Below are positions 52,175-60,709 of a stretch of DNA of 64,000 nt, piece by piece. A program made the position numbers and the translations under genes. The stretch comes from Myxococcota bacterium (GTDB lineage Bacteria > Myxococcota_A > UBA9160 > UBA6930), in NCBI GenBank assembly GCA_030065975.1, contig JASJCN010000008.1:1047-65046 (forward strand), given 5' to 3'. Numbering within the stretch: the stretch's first letter is position 1; each line of letters begins with the position of its first letter. Under the pieces are notes generated by a model, which was not told the origin of the DNA, searched no databases, and worked only from the letters and a program-made list of their open reading frames with translations.

Positions 52175-53166
52175 GCGCTCACTCCCGAGACGTGCTCGCC
52201 GCCGTCGACGCGGATCACGGATCCGTTCACCCAGGCCGCCTCCGGACGCGAGAGCAGGAAGACCATGCCCGCGACGTCCTCGGGCGTGGTGAGCCGCCCC
52301 AGCGGGTTGCGCCGACGCGCGCCGGCCACGAGGCGGTCGCTGCCGGGGATCGCGGCGAGAGCCGGCGTCCTCGTCACGCCCGGCTGCAGCACGTTGCAGC
52401 GGATGCCGTGGGGGCCGAACTCCGCGGCGATCGATCGCGCGGCCGCTTCGAGGGCGACCTTCGCAGCCGAGACCGCGGCGTAGCCCTTCCAGGCCAGTGC
52501 GTTGCCCTCGCTGGTGAGGCCGAAGGTGCGTGCGTCGTCGGCGAACATCCCGCGCGCGTGCAGGTCCTGCACCCAGTCGACCAGGCTCGTTCCCATGGCG
52601 TGGATGGTGCGCGCGAAGTCCTCCGCCTCGAGCAGGCGCGGCGCGTAGCTCGGCGGCGTGGCGAGACCGTCGAGTGCGTCGTGGCCCTCACCGAAGAGCC
52701 GATCGGCCGCGGCGCGCAGGTCTTCGACCGGGATGCCCAGTGCGTCGGCGAGGGCGGGCGCCGCCTCGTCGCGAAGCGGCGCCTCGGGTGCCAGCAGCTT
52801 CAGGTTCCCGAAGGCGACCGAGTGAAGCAGCACCTTCACGCGACCGCTCTCGCCCAGTCGCTCCTCGAGGGCGTCGAGCACGCTCTCGCGGCCCTCGGCC
52901 GACAGGGCATCGACGTTGTGCGTCTGCACCACGATGCCCGCCGAGCGGAGCTTCTCGAACTCGGGCTCGACTTGACGCGCGACCGAGCGCCGGTCGCGAT
53001 GCACCAGACAGAGGTTCATGCCGTGGGCGGCGAGCTTGCGCGCGGTGGCCAGGCCGAACCCGCTCGAGCCTCCGAGCACCACGGCCCAATCGTTCTCGTC
53101 GAATCGCTGGTCCTCGAATCGGGCCGCCGGCTGGACGGCCGGACGCAGCTCGGGATCGGTCGACAA
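52171..53166 (-). CDS. enoyl-(ACP/CoA) reductase-like SDR-superfamily protein (FabV/FabL-like features)
   Basis: VVLGGSSGFGLATARKL nucleotide motif. GYAAVSAAK (Y-x6-K). The internal region resembles the FabV/TER family but the protein is shorter. TTG start. Confidence 0.7.
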   Translation of the reverse strand: MSTDPELRPAVQPAARFEDQRFDENDWAVVLGGSSGFGLATARKLAAHGMNLCLVHRDRRSVARQVEPEFEKLRSAGIVVQTHNVDALSAEGRESVLDALEERLGESGRVKVLLHSVAFGNLKLLAPEAPLRDEAAPALADALGIPVEDLRAAADRLFGEGHDALDGLATPPSYAPRLLEAEDFARTIHAMGTSLVDWVQDLHARGMFADDARTFGLTSEGNALAWKGYAAVSAAKVALEAAARSIAAEFGPHGIRCNVLQPGVTRTPALAAIPGSDRLVAGARRRNPLGRLTTPEDVAGMVFLLSRPEAAWVNGSVIRVDGGEHVSGVSA

Positions 53167-53192
53167 CTCTCAGTCCCCCTCGAAACTGACGG

Positions 53193-53251
53193 TGACTCAG
53201 AGTCAGTGACCACGAGTCATCTTTTGGTGCGGGAAAGATGACCAAGAGTCA
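53193..53251. promoter_or_regulatory. three copies of a 13-bp palindrome TGAC-N5-GTCA (candidate operator array) in the operon promoter region
   Basis: TGACTCAGAGTCA (53193-53205), TGACCACGAGTCA (53207-53219), TGACCAAGAGTCA (53239-53251). A minus-strand TTGACA hexamer at 53257-53262 abuts the third site. Confidence 0.6.
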
Positions 53252-53411
53252 CGCGCTGTCAACGCCCTGGCGCAATGCGTCACGAGAATGACCCAGGGCG
53301 AAAAACTCCAGCCATTCCAGACGCTTGACAGGGAATGGGCGCGTCAAGGCGCGCTCTCGCGCCTCCTCCGCGATCGAGAAGTCGCGTGGAACGGAGCCGG
53401 TTGGGCCCGGC

Positions 53412-54194
53412 TCAGCCCATCCAGGCGCCGTTGTTCGGGTCGAAGCTCTGGCCCGTGAAGGCCACGCCATCGGCGCTGCACAGGAAGGCGACCAGGCCGG
53501 CGATCTCCTCCGGCTCGCTGATGCGGTCGAGGGGCACCTGGGAGAGCAGCTCGGCGCGCACCTCCTCGTAGGGGCGCTGCATCTCGTCGGCCATCTCCTG
53601 CATGCGATCGACGGCCATCTGGGTGTCGACCCAGCCCGGGCAGATGGCGTTGACCAGCACGCGGGCCGGCGCCCACTCGGCCGCCATCGATCGCACCAGG
53701 CCGAGCTGGCCCGCCTTGGCCGCGCTGTAGGCCGCGATGCCCGGCACGCCGAAGCGCGCGACGCACGACGAGATCACGACGGCGTGGCGATAGGCGTCGG
53801 CCTGGGCCTCGCCCATCACCGACTCGAAGGCGCGCATGCAGAAGTACGCCCCGTCGAGGTTGGTGCGCACGATGGCGTCCCAGCGGTCCTCGCCGTCGAG
53901 CACGTCGGGCCCGCCGATCCCCGCATTGGCGACGAGGATGGAGGGGGCGCCGAGGCGCTCGGCCACCTGGGCGAAGGCCGCGTCCACCGCCGCGCGGTCG
54001 ACCACGTCGACGGGCTGCACCAGAGTCTTCTCGGTGCAGCCGTCGGCCGTCTCTTCGAGCGCCGAGACGGTGCGACCGAGGAGTGCGACGGCCGCACCCT
54101 CGGAGGCGAGCCGCTGTGCCACGGCCCGGCCGATGCCGGTGCCGGCGCCGGTCACCACGGCGATGCGTCCCGCCAGACTCGTCATGGTCGTCAT
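53412..54194 (-). CDS. SDR family oxidoreductase
   Basis: VTGAGTGIGRA, NAGIGG and YSAAKAG motifs. Confidence 0.88.
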   Translation of the reverse strand: MTTMTSLAGRIAVVTGAGTGIGRAVAQRLASEGAAVALLGRTVSALEETADGCTEKTLVQPVDVVDRAAVDAAFAQVAERLGAPSILVANAGIGGPDVLDGEDRWDAIVRTNLDGAYFCMRAFESVMGEAQADAYRHAVVISSCVARFGVPGIAAYSAAKAGQLGLVRSMAAEWAPARVLVNAICPGWVDTQMAVDRMQEMADEMQRPYEEVRAELLSQVPLDRISEPEEIAGLVAFLCSADGVAFTGQSFDPNNGAWMG

Positions 54195-54238
54195 GCTCGT
54201 CTCCTCGCTCGCGCGGCCGGGGGCTCGGCGCGGCCTGC

Positions 54239-57079
54239 TCAGCCCGGCTCGTCCGGCGCCGTCTCGATGCCCACCTCGCGGAGCAGGCGGGGCAGATCCT
54301 CCACCTGGGCCACGATGGGTCGCGAACCAGGGGGTAGCGCCTCGGCGAGGCGCCGGAAGTAGAACTTGTCGGGTCGGCTGTCGACGATCACCGCGATGCC
54401 GCGATCGTCCTCGGAGCGGATCAGACGCCCCACCATCTGCTTCAGGTTCAGCAGCATGCGACCCATGGAGACGCGCTGGAAGGGATTGGTCCCGGCCGCC
54501 TCGAGCCGGTCGTCGCGCCGCCTTCGCAGCTCCGTCGGCACCTCGAAGGGGAGCTTCTCGATCACCACGGCCTGCAGGGCGTCGCCGGGGATGTCCACGC
54601 CCTGCCAGAAGCGCCGCGCCCCGAGCAGCACGGCGGCGCCGCGCGTGAAGCGCGTCACGAGGGCGGCGGGATCGTCCGCGGCCCGGCGCGGCGTGAGCAC
54701 GTCGATGCCCTCGTCGCGCAGGCGCAGGGCCAGCTCGTCCGCCACGGCGTTCATGCGGCGCAGGCTGGTGAAGAGCCCGAGGGTGCGGCCGCCGAGCGTC
54801 CGGGCCAGGAGCTCGAGCACGTCGGCCGTCTGGCGCACCGGGTCGTCGCTCCCGCGCAGGCCCACCACGCGCATGTGCTCACGGTACGGGAACGGGCTCT
54901 CGACGCGGTCGCGCTGGAGGCGCTCGCCGGCGCGCTCCTCGAGCTCGAGATCTCCGAGCGACGCAAAGGCGTCGCCGCCGACGAAGAGGCTCGCCGACAC
55001 CCCGGCGAAGGAGCGCAGATCCTGCAGGAAGCCCGCGTGGAAGGGCTCGGCAGGCGAGACGGGACGCACGACGAGCCGCCAGCGGTCGTAGGGCGGCAGC
55101 ACCCCCTCGAAGGCAGCGACCGCATCCGGCGGATCCTCGAAGGCCAGTCGCAGGCCGCTCGCCGCCTCGAGGAGATCGGCCACCGCGCGCTGGAGCGCCG
55201 GCGCGCTCTCGTCGGCGGCGGGGATGCGGTCGGCGATGAGCTCGAGTCGGTCGGCGACGCGGCTCCCGACGCCCGCCGCCTGATCGAAGGCGGGCCGCCG
55301 GATCGGCTCGCGGCCGCCGCGCCCGTCGGCGCGCTGCGGGCCGCCCGGGATCTGCACCTCGCCGAAGTCTCCCGCCTCCTCGCGCAGGCAGCGCCCGAGG
55401 GCGGTGAGGTCCTGCTGCAGGTCGCGGCGCCAGGCGCGCGCGTCGGACTCGAGCCCCTTGCGCTGCTCCGCGCTGAGCAGCGACTCGCCCCGGCGACGCC
55501 GCGGCCCGGCCGGTCGACCGAAGATCTCGTCGAAGCGCTCGATCACGAGGTCGGGCCGCACCTCCTGGGCGTAGACCTCGTCGGCCACGTCGCCGAGCTC
55601 GTGGGCCTCGTCGGCCACCACGTGCTCGAAGGGCGGATAGTCCGGCGGCCAGCGCAAGAGCAGATCGTGGTTGGCGACGATCAGGTGGGCTTCGCCCAGG
55701 GCCTGGCGCTTGCGGCCGAGGGGGCAGTCGCGATTGCGCACGCACTGCTCGCGGGTGCATTGCTCCGCGCGTGCGGCCACCGCGCGACGCAGGAGGCCGC
55801 GCAGGGGCGGGTAGCGCCGGATCAACGCGGCGGGCACGTTTCCGATCTCGCCGTGGGGCCGCGTACGCGCGCAGGTCTCGAGCACGGCGTAGGCCATCCG
55901 GTCCTCGGCGAAGATGCTCTGCTCGCGGCCCTCGGCGAGCGCGCCGGAGAGCCGGCGCGCACAGGCGTAGTTGGCGCGCCCCTTGATCGAGGCGGCGCGC
56001 AGCTCCGGATAGCCGAGGAAGCGCGCGGCCGCGCCGATGTCGTTGTAGAGGAGCTGGTCCTGGAGCAGCTTCGTGCGCGTCGACACCACGAGCGGCCCCG
56101 ACTCGCCGGCCGCCTCGCGCTCCATGGCGAAGGGAATCAGCGCCGCGAGATACGCCAGCGACTTCCCCACCCCCGTTCCGCCTTCGAGCAGCAGCACCTC
56201 CTCGTCGGCCAGGTTGCGCGCGAAGCGCCGGGCCAGCTGGATCTGCTGCTCGCGCACCCGGTAGCCCGGGAAGTGCCGGCGACCGCGCGACTCGTCGCGC
56301 AGCACCTCTGCGATCGCGTCCTCGTGGAAGGGGACGGGCGGCTCGTCGCTGTGCCCGACCGCGATGAAGGCGCCCTGCTCGACCGGATCGGGCGCCACCT
56401 CGGCCTCGGGCTTGGCCAGGAGCTCGAGCCAGGGCGACTCGTGGGCGTACGACTCGAGGGCCCGGCGGGCGGTGACGAAGCGCAGCTCGCCGCGACGGGC
56501 ACCGCGGCCCGCGGCCGAGACGACCCGGGTCGTGTCGAGCGCGTCCGACAGCGCGCGGTGGCGCTCCTCGGTCTCGAACATCATCCGCGTGAACGACTCG
56601 AGCCGCAGGTCCGGCGCGTCGGGGTGGGTCAGCGAGAGCAGGTCGAGCGTGTCGAGGAAGGTCGCGCGCGCGAAGTCCGGAGACAGGTCCCGCGTGAGGA
56701 AGGCCTGCTCGAACTCGGCGTTGTGGGCGATCAGCACCCGACCGCGGAGCGCACGGCGGAGCTCGTCGGCCACGTCCTCGAGGGCCGGCGCGCCCTCGAG
56801 GTCGCTCTCGTCGATACCCGTCAGCCGCTTGACGGCACGGGGCACGGCGCGGCCGGGATCGACCAGCACCGAGAGCGTCGTCAGGTGGTCGGCACCCGGG
56901 TCGATCAGGACCGCGCCGAACTCGAGGATGTTCGCCTCGGGATCCTCGGACAGACCCGTGGTCTCGAGGTCCACCACGGCCAGGGGGCCGAGGCGCGCGG
57001 CGAGGGTGCCGAGCACCTCGGCGTCCAGGCCGAAGGTCTCGGGACCCCGCTCTTCGCGAACCAGCCCGGAGGCGCTCAT
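54239..57079 (-). CDS. DinG-family (XPD-like) helicase with N-terminal DnaQ-type 3'-5' exonuclease domain
   Basis: Exo I motif VVDLETTGL near the N-terminus. Helicase Walker A (GGTGVGKS), DEAH box (VVADEAHEL), and C-terminal RLIRSEDDRG typical of DinG. Confidence 0.88.
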   Translation of the reverse strand: MSASGLVREERGPETFGLDAEVLGTLAARLGPLAVVDLETTGLSEDPEANILEFGAVLIDPGADHLTTLSVLVDPGRAVPRAVKRLTGIDESDLEGAPALEDVADELRRALRGRVLIAHNAEFEQAFLTRDLSPDFARATFLDTLDLLSLTHPDAPDLRLESFTRMMFETEERHRALSDALDTTRVVSAAGRGARRGELRFVTARRALESYAHESPWLELLAKPEAEVAPDPVEQGAFIAVGHSDEPPVPFHEDAIAEVLRDESRGRRHFPGYRVREQQIQLARRFARNLADEEVLLLEGGTGVGKSLAYLAALIPFAMEREAAGESGPLVVSTRTKLLQDQLLYNDIGAAARFLGYPELRAASIKGRANYACARRLSGALAEGREQSIFAEDRMAYAVLETCARTRPHGEIGNVPAALIRRYPPLRGLLRRAVAARAEQCTREQCVRNRDCPLGRKRQALGEAHLIVANHDLLLRWPPDYPPFEHVVADEAHELGDVADEVYAQEVRPDLVIERFDEIFGRPAGPRRRRGESLLSAEQRKGLESDARAWRRDLQQDLTALGRCLREEAGDFGEVQIPGGPQRADGRGGREPIRRPAFDQAAGVGSRVADRLELIADRIPAADESAPALQRAVADLLEAASGLRLAFEDPPDAVAAFEGVLPPYDRWRLVVRPVSPAEPFHAGFLQDLRSFAGVSASLFVGGDAFASLGDLELEERAGERLQRDRVESPFPYREHMRVVGLRGSDDPVRQTADVLELLARTLGGRTLGLFTSLRRMNAVADELALRLRDEGIDVLTPRRAADDPAALVTRFTRGAAVLLGARRFWQGVDIPGDALQAVVIEKLPFEVPTELRRRRDDRLEAAGTNPFQRVSMGRMLLNLKQMVGRLIRSEDDRGIAVIVDSRPDKFYFRRLAEALPPGSRPIVAQVEDLPRLLREVGIETAPDEPG

Positions 57080-57130
57080 CGCTCGTTGCTCGGTGCGGCT
57101 GCTCTCGACCCGACGCGGGCCGCGACGGGG

Positions 57131-58777
57131 CTAGACGTAGATCCCGCCCTTGTACTCGCGGTCCTGGCGGATCTCGACGTTGATCAGCGCGGGCTTGCCC
57201 GAGGCCTTGGCGCGCTCGAGAGCGCCCTGCATCTGGCCCGGCTCGGTCACGTACTCGCCGTGGCCGCCGAGGGCCTCGACCACCTTGTCGTAGCGGGTGC
57301 GGTTGAGCAGCACGCCCTCGAGGCGATCCCAGCCGTAGACGGCACCCTGGGGCCGCATCATCTGCCCCCAGGCCCCGTCGTTCCCGACGATCCCGATGAT
57401 CGGCAGGTCGAAGCGCACGGCGGTGTCGAACTCGAAGCCGTTGAACCCGAAGGACCCGTCGCCGTAGATGATCACGACCGGGCGATCCGGGTGGGCGAGC
57501 TGGGCCGCCAGCGCGAAGGGCATGCCCACGCCGAGGGTGCCGAGGGGGCCGGGATCCATCCAGGCGCCCTCGCCCTTCACGGGGATGATCTTCGCGGCCG
57601 TCGCCACGATGTCGCCGCCGTCGCCGATCACGATGGGATCGTTCAGGGTGTCGAGCCAGTCGCGCACCTCGCGGCACATGCGCTGGGGATCGAGGGGCGA
57701 CTCGTCGCTGTTGAGCGCGGCCTCGACCTTGGCCTCGGCCTCGGTCTCGATCTCGCGCAGCTGGTCGCGCCAGCCCGAGAAGTCGAGCTGCACGCCCTGG
57801 TGCTTCATCTCGTCGAGGAGCAGCTCGAAGGAGCAGGCCAGGTTGCCCACCAGCGGGACGTCGGTCTGTCGGTTCTGTCCGATCAGCGTGGCGTCCATGT
57901 CGAGCTGGATGATCTTGGCGTCGGCCGGGATCGTCTGGCCGAAGCGCATGCGGAAGTCGAGCAGCGTCCCCGCGAGCAGGATGCAGTCGATCTGCTTCAG
58001 CGCGTCGCGCCGCGAGCGGTTCAGGAACTCGGGCGAGTCCGGCGGCACGGTGCCGCGACCCATGCCGTTGGTGAAGGTCGGGATGTGGGTCTCGGAGATG
58101 AAGCGGTTCATCTCGGGCGAGGCCTTCGACCACTTGACGCTCGTGCCGGCCATCAGCATCGGGCGCTCGGAGCTGCGCAGGATCTCGATCGCCTTGCGCA
58201 CCTCGTCGCGGTCGGGGGAGATGCGCGGCGGCTCGGTGCGGATGCGCGGCACCGGCGACTCGGCCTCTTCGGCCTGGCCCATGAACACGTCCATGGGAAT
58301 CTCGAGGTACGCCGGGCCGGGAATGCCCGAGACCGCGTGGCGGATCGCCAGCTCCACGTACTCGGGAATCCGCTTGGTCTGGTAGATGGCGTCGCAGTAC
58401 TTCGTGATGGGCCGCACCACGCCGAGGTGGTCCATCTCCTGGAGCGAGCCGCGGCGCAGGTTCTCGAACGGGCCCTGGCCGCCGAAGACCAGGATCGGTG
58501 AGTTGGCGCGCCAGGCATTGGCGATGCCGGTCACGCCGTCGGTGACGCCGGGCCCGGCGGTGATGGCAGCGACACCGATCTTGCCGGGGTTGCAGCGCGC
58601 CCAGGAGTCGGCCGCGTGGACGGCGGCCTGCTCGTGACGGACGTCGACGATCTTGATGCCTTCGTCGATGCATCCGTCGTAGAGCGGCATGATGTGGCCG
58701 CCCGAGAGCGTGAACACGACCTCGACGCCGGCTTCCTTGAGAGCCTTGGCGGCGAGCTTTCCACCATGAAGGGACAT
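57131..58777 (-). CDS. thiamine-diphosphate-dependent enzyme (acetolactate synthase large-subunit / oxalyl-CoA decarboxylase-like)
   Basis: N-terminal GVEVVFTLSGGHIMPLYD, RHEQAAVHAAD, and TPP motif GDGSFGFNG ... GNDGAWG. Confidence 0.88.
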   Translation of the reverse strand: MSLHGGKLAAKALKEAGVEVVFTLSGGHIMPLYDGCIDEGIKIVDVRHEQAAVHAADSWARCNPGKIGVAAITAGPGVTDGVTGIANAWRANSPILVFGGQGPFENLRRGSLQEMDHLGVVRPITKYCDAIYQTKRIPEYVELAIRHAVSGIPGPAYLEIPMDVFMGQAEEAESPVPRIRTEPPRISPDRDEVRKAIEILRSSERPMLMAGTSVKWSKASPEMNRFISETHIPTFTNGMGRGTVPPDSPEFLNRSRRDALKQIDCILLAGTLLDFRMRFGQTIPADAKIIQLDMDATLIGQNRQTDVPLVGNLACSFELLLDEMKHQGVQLDFSGWRDQLREIETEAEAKVEAALNSDESPLDPQRMCREVRDWLDTLNDPIVIGDGGDIVATAAKIIPVKGEGAWMDPGPLGTLGVGMPFALAAQLAHPDRPVVIIYGDGSFGFNGFEFDTAVRFDLPIIGIVGNDGAWGQMMRPQGAVYGWDRLEGVLLNRTRYDKVVEALGGHGEYVTEPGQMQGALERAKASGKPALINVEIRQDREYKGGIYV

Positions 58778-58919
58778 TGCGGGTCTCCCGATTCCTAGGC
58801 CGCCGGCGCCGGTCGGCAGAAGGCCGACCGCGCCCGACGGGAAATCGGGGACATGCTAGCGGAGGTTGGTGGGAGACGGACCCAGGGCCGAAGGCCGCCG
58901 GAATCCGTCTCTCGGGGCG

Positions 58920-59462
58920 CTAGCGAAGGACGCGGAACTCCGCCCGGCGGTTCCAGCGCCAGGCCGACTCGTCGTGACCCTGCACCGAGGGCTTGGACTC
59001 GCCGAAGCTCACCGTGTCGAGGCGCGAGGCCGAGACCCCGGAATCGATCAGGTACTGCTTGGCGGCGTTGGCCCGGCGCTCGCCGAGGGCGAGGTTGTAC
59101 TCCTCGCTGCCGCGCTCGTCGCAGTGGCCCTCGATCACGACCGTGCTCCAGGAGCCGGCGCTGATGGCCTGGGCGTTGGAGTGAAGCTTGGGCTTCTGAT
59201 CGTCGCGGACGAGCGAGCGATCGAAGTCGAAGTAGACCGCCTCGAGCTCGGCGACGGCCGCACCCGTTGCGAGCTGGTCGGTCGAGTCGAGACCGCCACC
59301 GCCGCCCATGGTGCCGCCTCCGCTGTCGAAGCCGCCGCTCGTGCTGCTGCCCGCCGTTCCGGCGGACTCGTCGTCCCCGCCTCCGAACAGGGCGCAGCCG
59401 CTGGCCAGCGTGCTGCTCAGAAGTGCGACGATCAAGAAGCGCGAAACCTGTGCTCGCTCCAT
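58920..59462 (-). CDS. pal: peptidoglycan-associated lipoprotein (OmpA-family C-terminal domain)
   Basis: Lipobox LASGC, Gly/Ser linker, then YFDFDRS ... IEGHCDERGSEEYNLALGERRA ... SFGESKP OmpA-like motif. ATG at 59462. Confidence 0.9.
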   Translation of the reverse strand: MERAQVSRFLIVALLSSTLASGCALFGGGDDESAGTAGSSTSGGFDSGGGTMGGGGGLDSTDQLATGAAVAELEAVYFDFDRSLVRDDQKPKLHSNAQAISAGSWSTVVIEGHCDERGSEEYNLALGERRANAAKQYLIDSGVSASRLDTVSFGESKPSVQGHDESAWRWNRRAEFRVLR

Positions 59463-59558
59463 GTGGTGCTCAACCCCTCTGCGGACTGGCAGCGCATCTC
59501 GAGCGTGACCCCTCCGGACCCGCTCTCGCTGCGCCTCCCGGTATGCCGTTGCCCCCCC

Positions 59559-59580
59559 TGTTCCAGTTCTGTTCCAGTGC
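59559..59580. promoter_or_regulatory. tandem 11-bp direct repeat TGTTCCAGTTC / TGTTCCAGTGC upstream of pal
   Basis: Read directly, about 100 nt upstream of the pal start. Shares GTTCCAGTG with the 926-944 palindrome. Confidence 0.5.
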
Positions 59581-59789
59581 TGGACTTCGGGGCGGGCGGT
59601 TTCCACGTACGGCTGAGGCGGCTGCGAGCCCCCCAGCGGCAGTCCTCGAACAGTTTGGGAACCGGATTCGCCCCGCGCAAGGCGAATGATGCGATTTCCC
59701 AGCGCCAGACGAGGGGTTATGGGCACGCCGACACGCCCGGGGCGCGGAGGCGAGCCGCCTGGGCCCTTCCGGCCCGAGCAGGGGCCGGC

Positions 59790-60575
59790 TCAGCGGCCCC
59801 GGAAGACCGGAGCGCGCTTCTCCAGGAAGGCCCGGACGCCTTCCTGGTAGTCCTCGCTCTCGAAGCAGCGCCGGATCGACGCCTCGATCCCCTCGGCGTC
59901 CCGCTGCGCCGGGTCCTTCCCGAGCTCGAGGATCACGCGCTTGACCGACTCCATGGGCAGCGGCGCGTTGGCGGCGATGCGCCCGGCGAGCTCGGCGACC
60001 CGCTCCTCCAGCTCGGCCTTGGGGTGCACCGCGTTGAGCAGCCCGAGCGCCAGAGCCTCGGGAGCCTGGATCCGGCGAGCGGTGAAGAAGAGCTCCTTGG
60101 CGACCGAGGGGCCGACCAGATCGACCAGGGCCGCCACGCCGCTGGCGTGGTAGCCGAGGCCCAGGCGGGCCGCCGGGATCGCGAAGACCCCATCGTCGGC
60201 CGAGATCCGCAGGTCGGCGGTCAGGGCCAGGGCCATGCCTCCCCCCACGCAGAAGCCGTGCACCATGGCGATCACGGGCTTCCTGCAGCTCGTGAGCGCC
60301 GCGAAGGCCTGGGCCGTCCCGGTGTCGTAGAGCGCGGAGGCGTCGCCGCCCGTGCGGCTGCGCTCGAACTCCGAGATGTCGGCGCCCGAGACGAACGCCA
60401 CGTCTCCGGCTCCCCGCAGCACCAGGACGCGCACGTCCGGGTCGGCCACGAGCGTGGCGACCGCATCGGGGATCGCCTTCCACATGTCGACGGTGATGGC
60501 GTTGCGCCGCTCGGCGTGGTCCATGACCAGCCAGCCAATGGCGTCCTCGGTGTGCGTGGTGATGCGGCCCGGCAT
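59790..60575 (-). CDS. enoyl-CoA hydratase/isomerase (crotonase) family protein
   Basis: LRGAGDVAFVSGADISEF and VHGFCVGGGMALAL oxyanion-hole motifs. Confidence 0.9.
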   Translation of the reverse strand: MPGRITTHTEDAIGWLVMDHAERRNAITVDMWKAIPDAVATLVADPDVRVLVLRGAGDVAFVSGADISEFERSRTGGDASALYDTGTAQAFAALTSCRKPVIAMVHGFCVGGGMALALTADLRISADDGVFAIPAARLGLGYHASGVAALVDLVGPSVAKELFFTARRIQAPEALALGLLNAVHPKAELEERVAELAGRIAANAPLPMESVKRVILELGKDPAQRDAEGIEASIRRCFESEDYQEGVRAFLEKRAPVFRGR

Positions 60576-60709
60576 GGCTTCCGATCCTAGGGAAGCTCTG
60601 CAGCAATCGACTACACGTGGCTCTCGGGCCTCAGCGGCCCGTGTAGAGAACCCGGTGCAGAGCCTCCCGGGGCCAACTCGGGACCAGCCAGGCGAGCTAC
60701 GCTCGACCG

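Noticed and set aside
54875-58673. ORFs of 1208 aa (+) and 1264 aa (-) covering the DinG and TPP-enzyme region.
   Set aside because: They are shadow frames of the DinG (54239-57079) and TPP-enzyme (57131-58777) genes. Composition is dominated by R/G/A/P/D/H with no recognisable domains.
59463-59789. Sigma-54 promoter interpretation of CTGGAACAGAACTGGAACA (minus strand of the pal upstream repeat).
   Set aside because: Alignment to the TGGCAC-N5-TTGC consensus gives mismatches at the critical C of -24 GGC and at the -12 GC. The repeat is better described as two direct 11-bp units.
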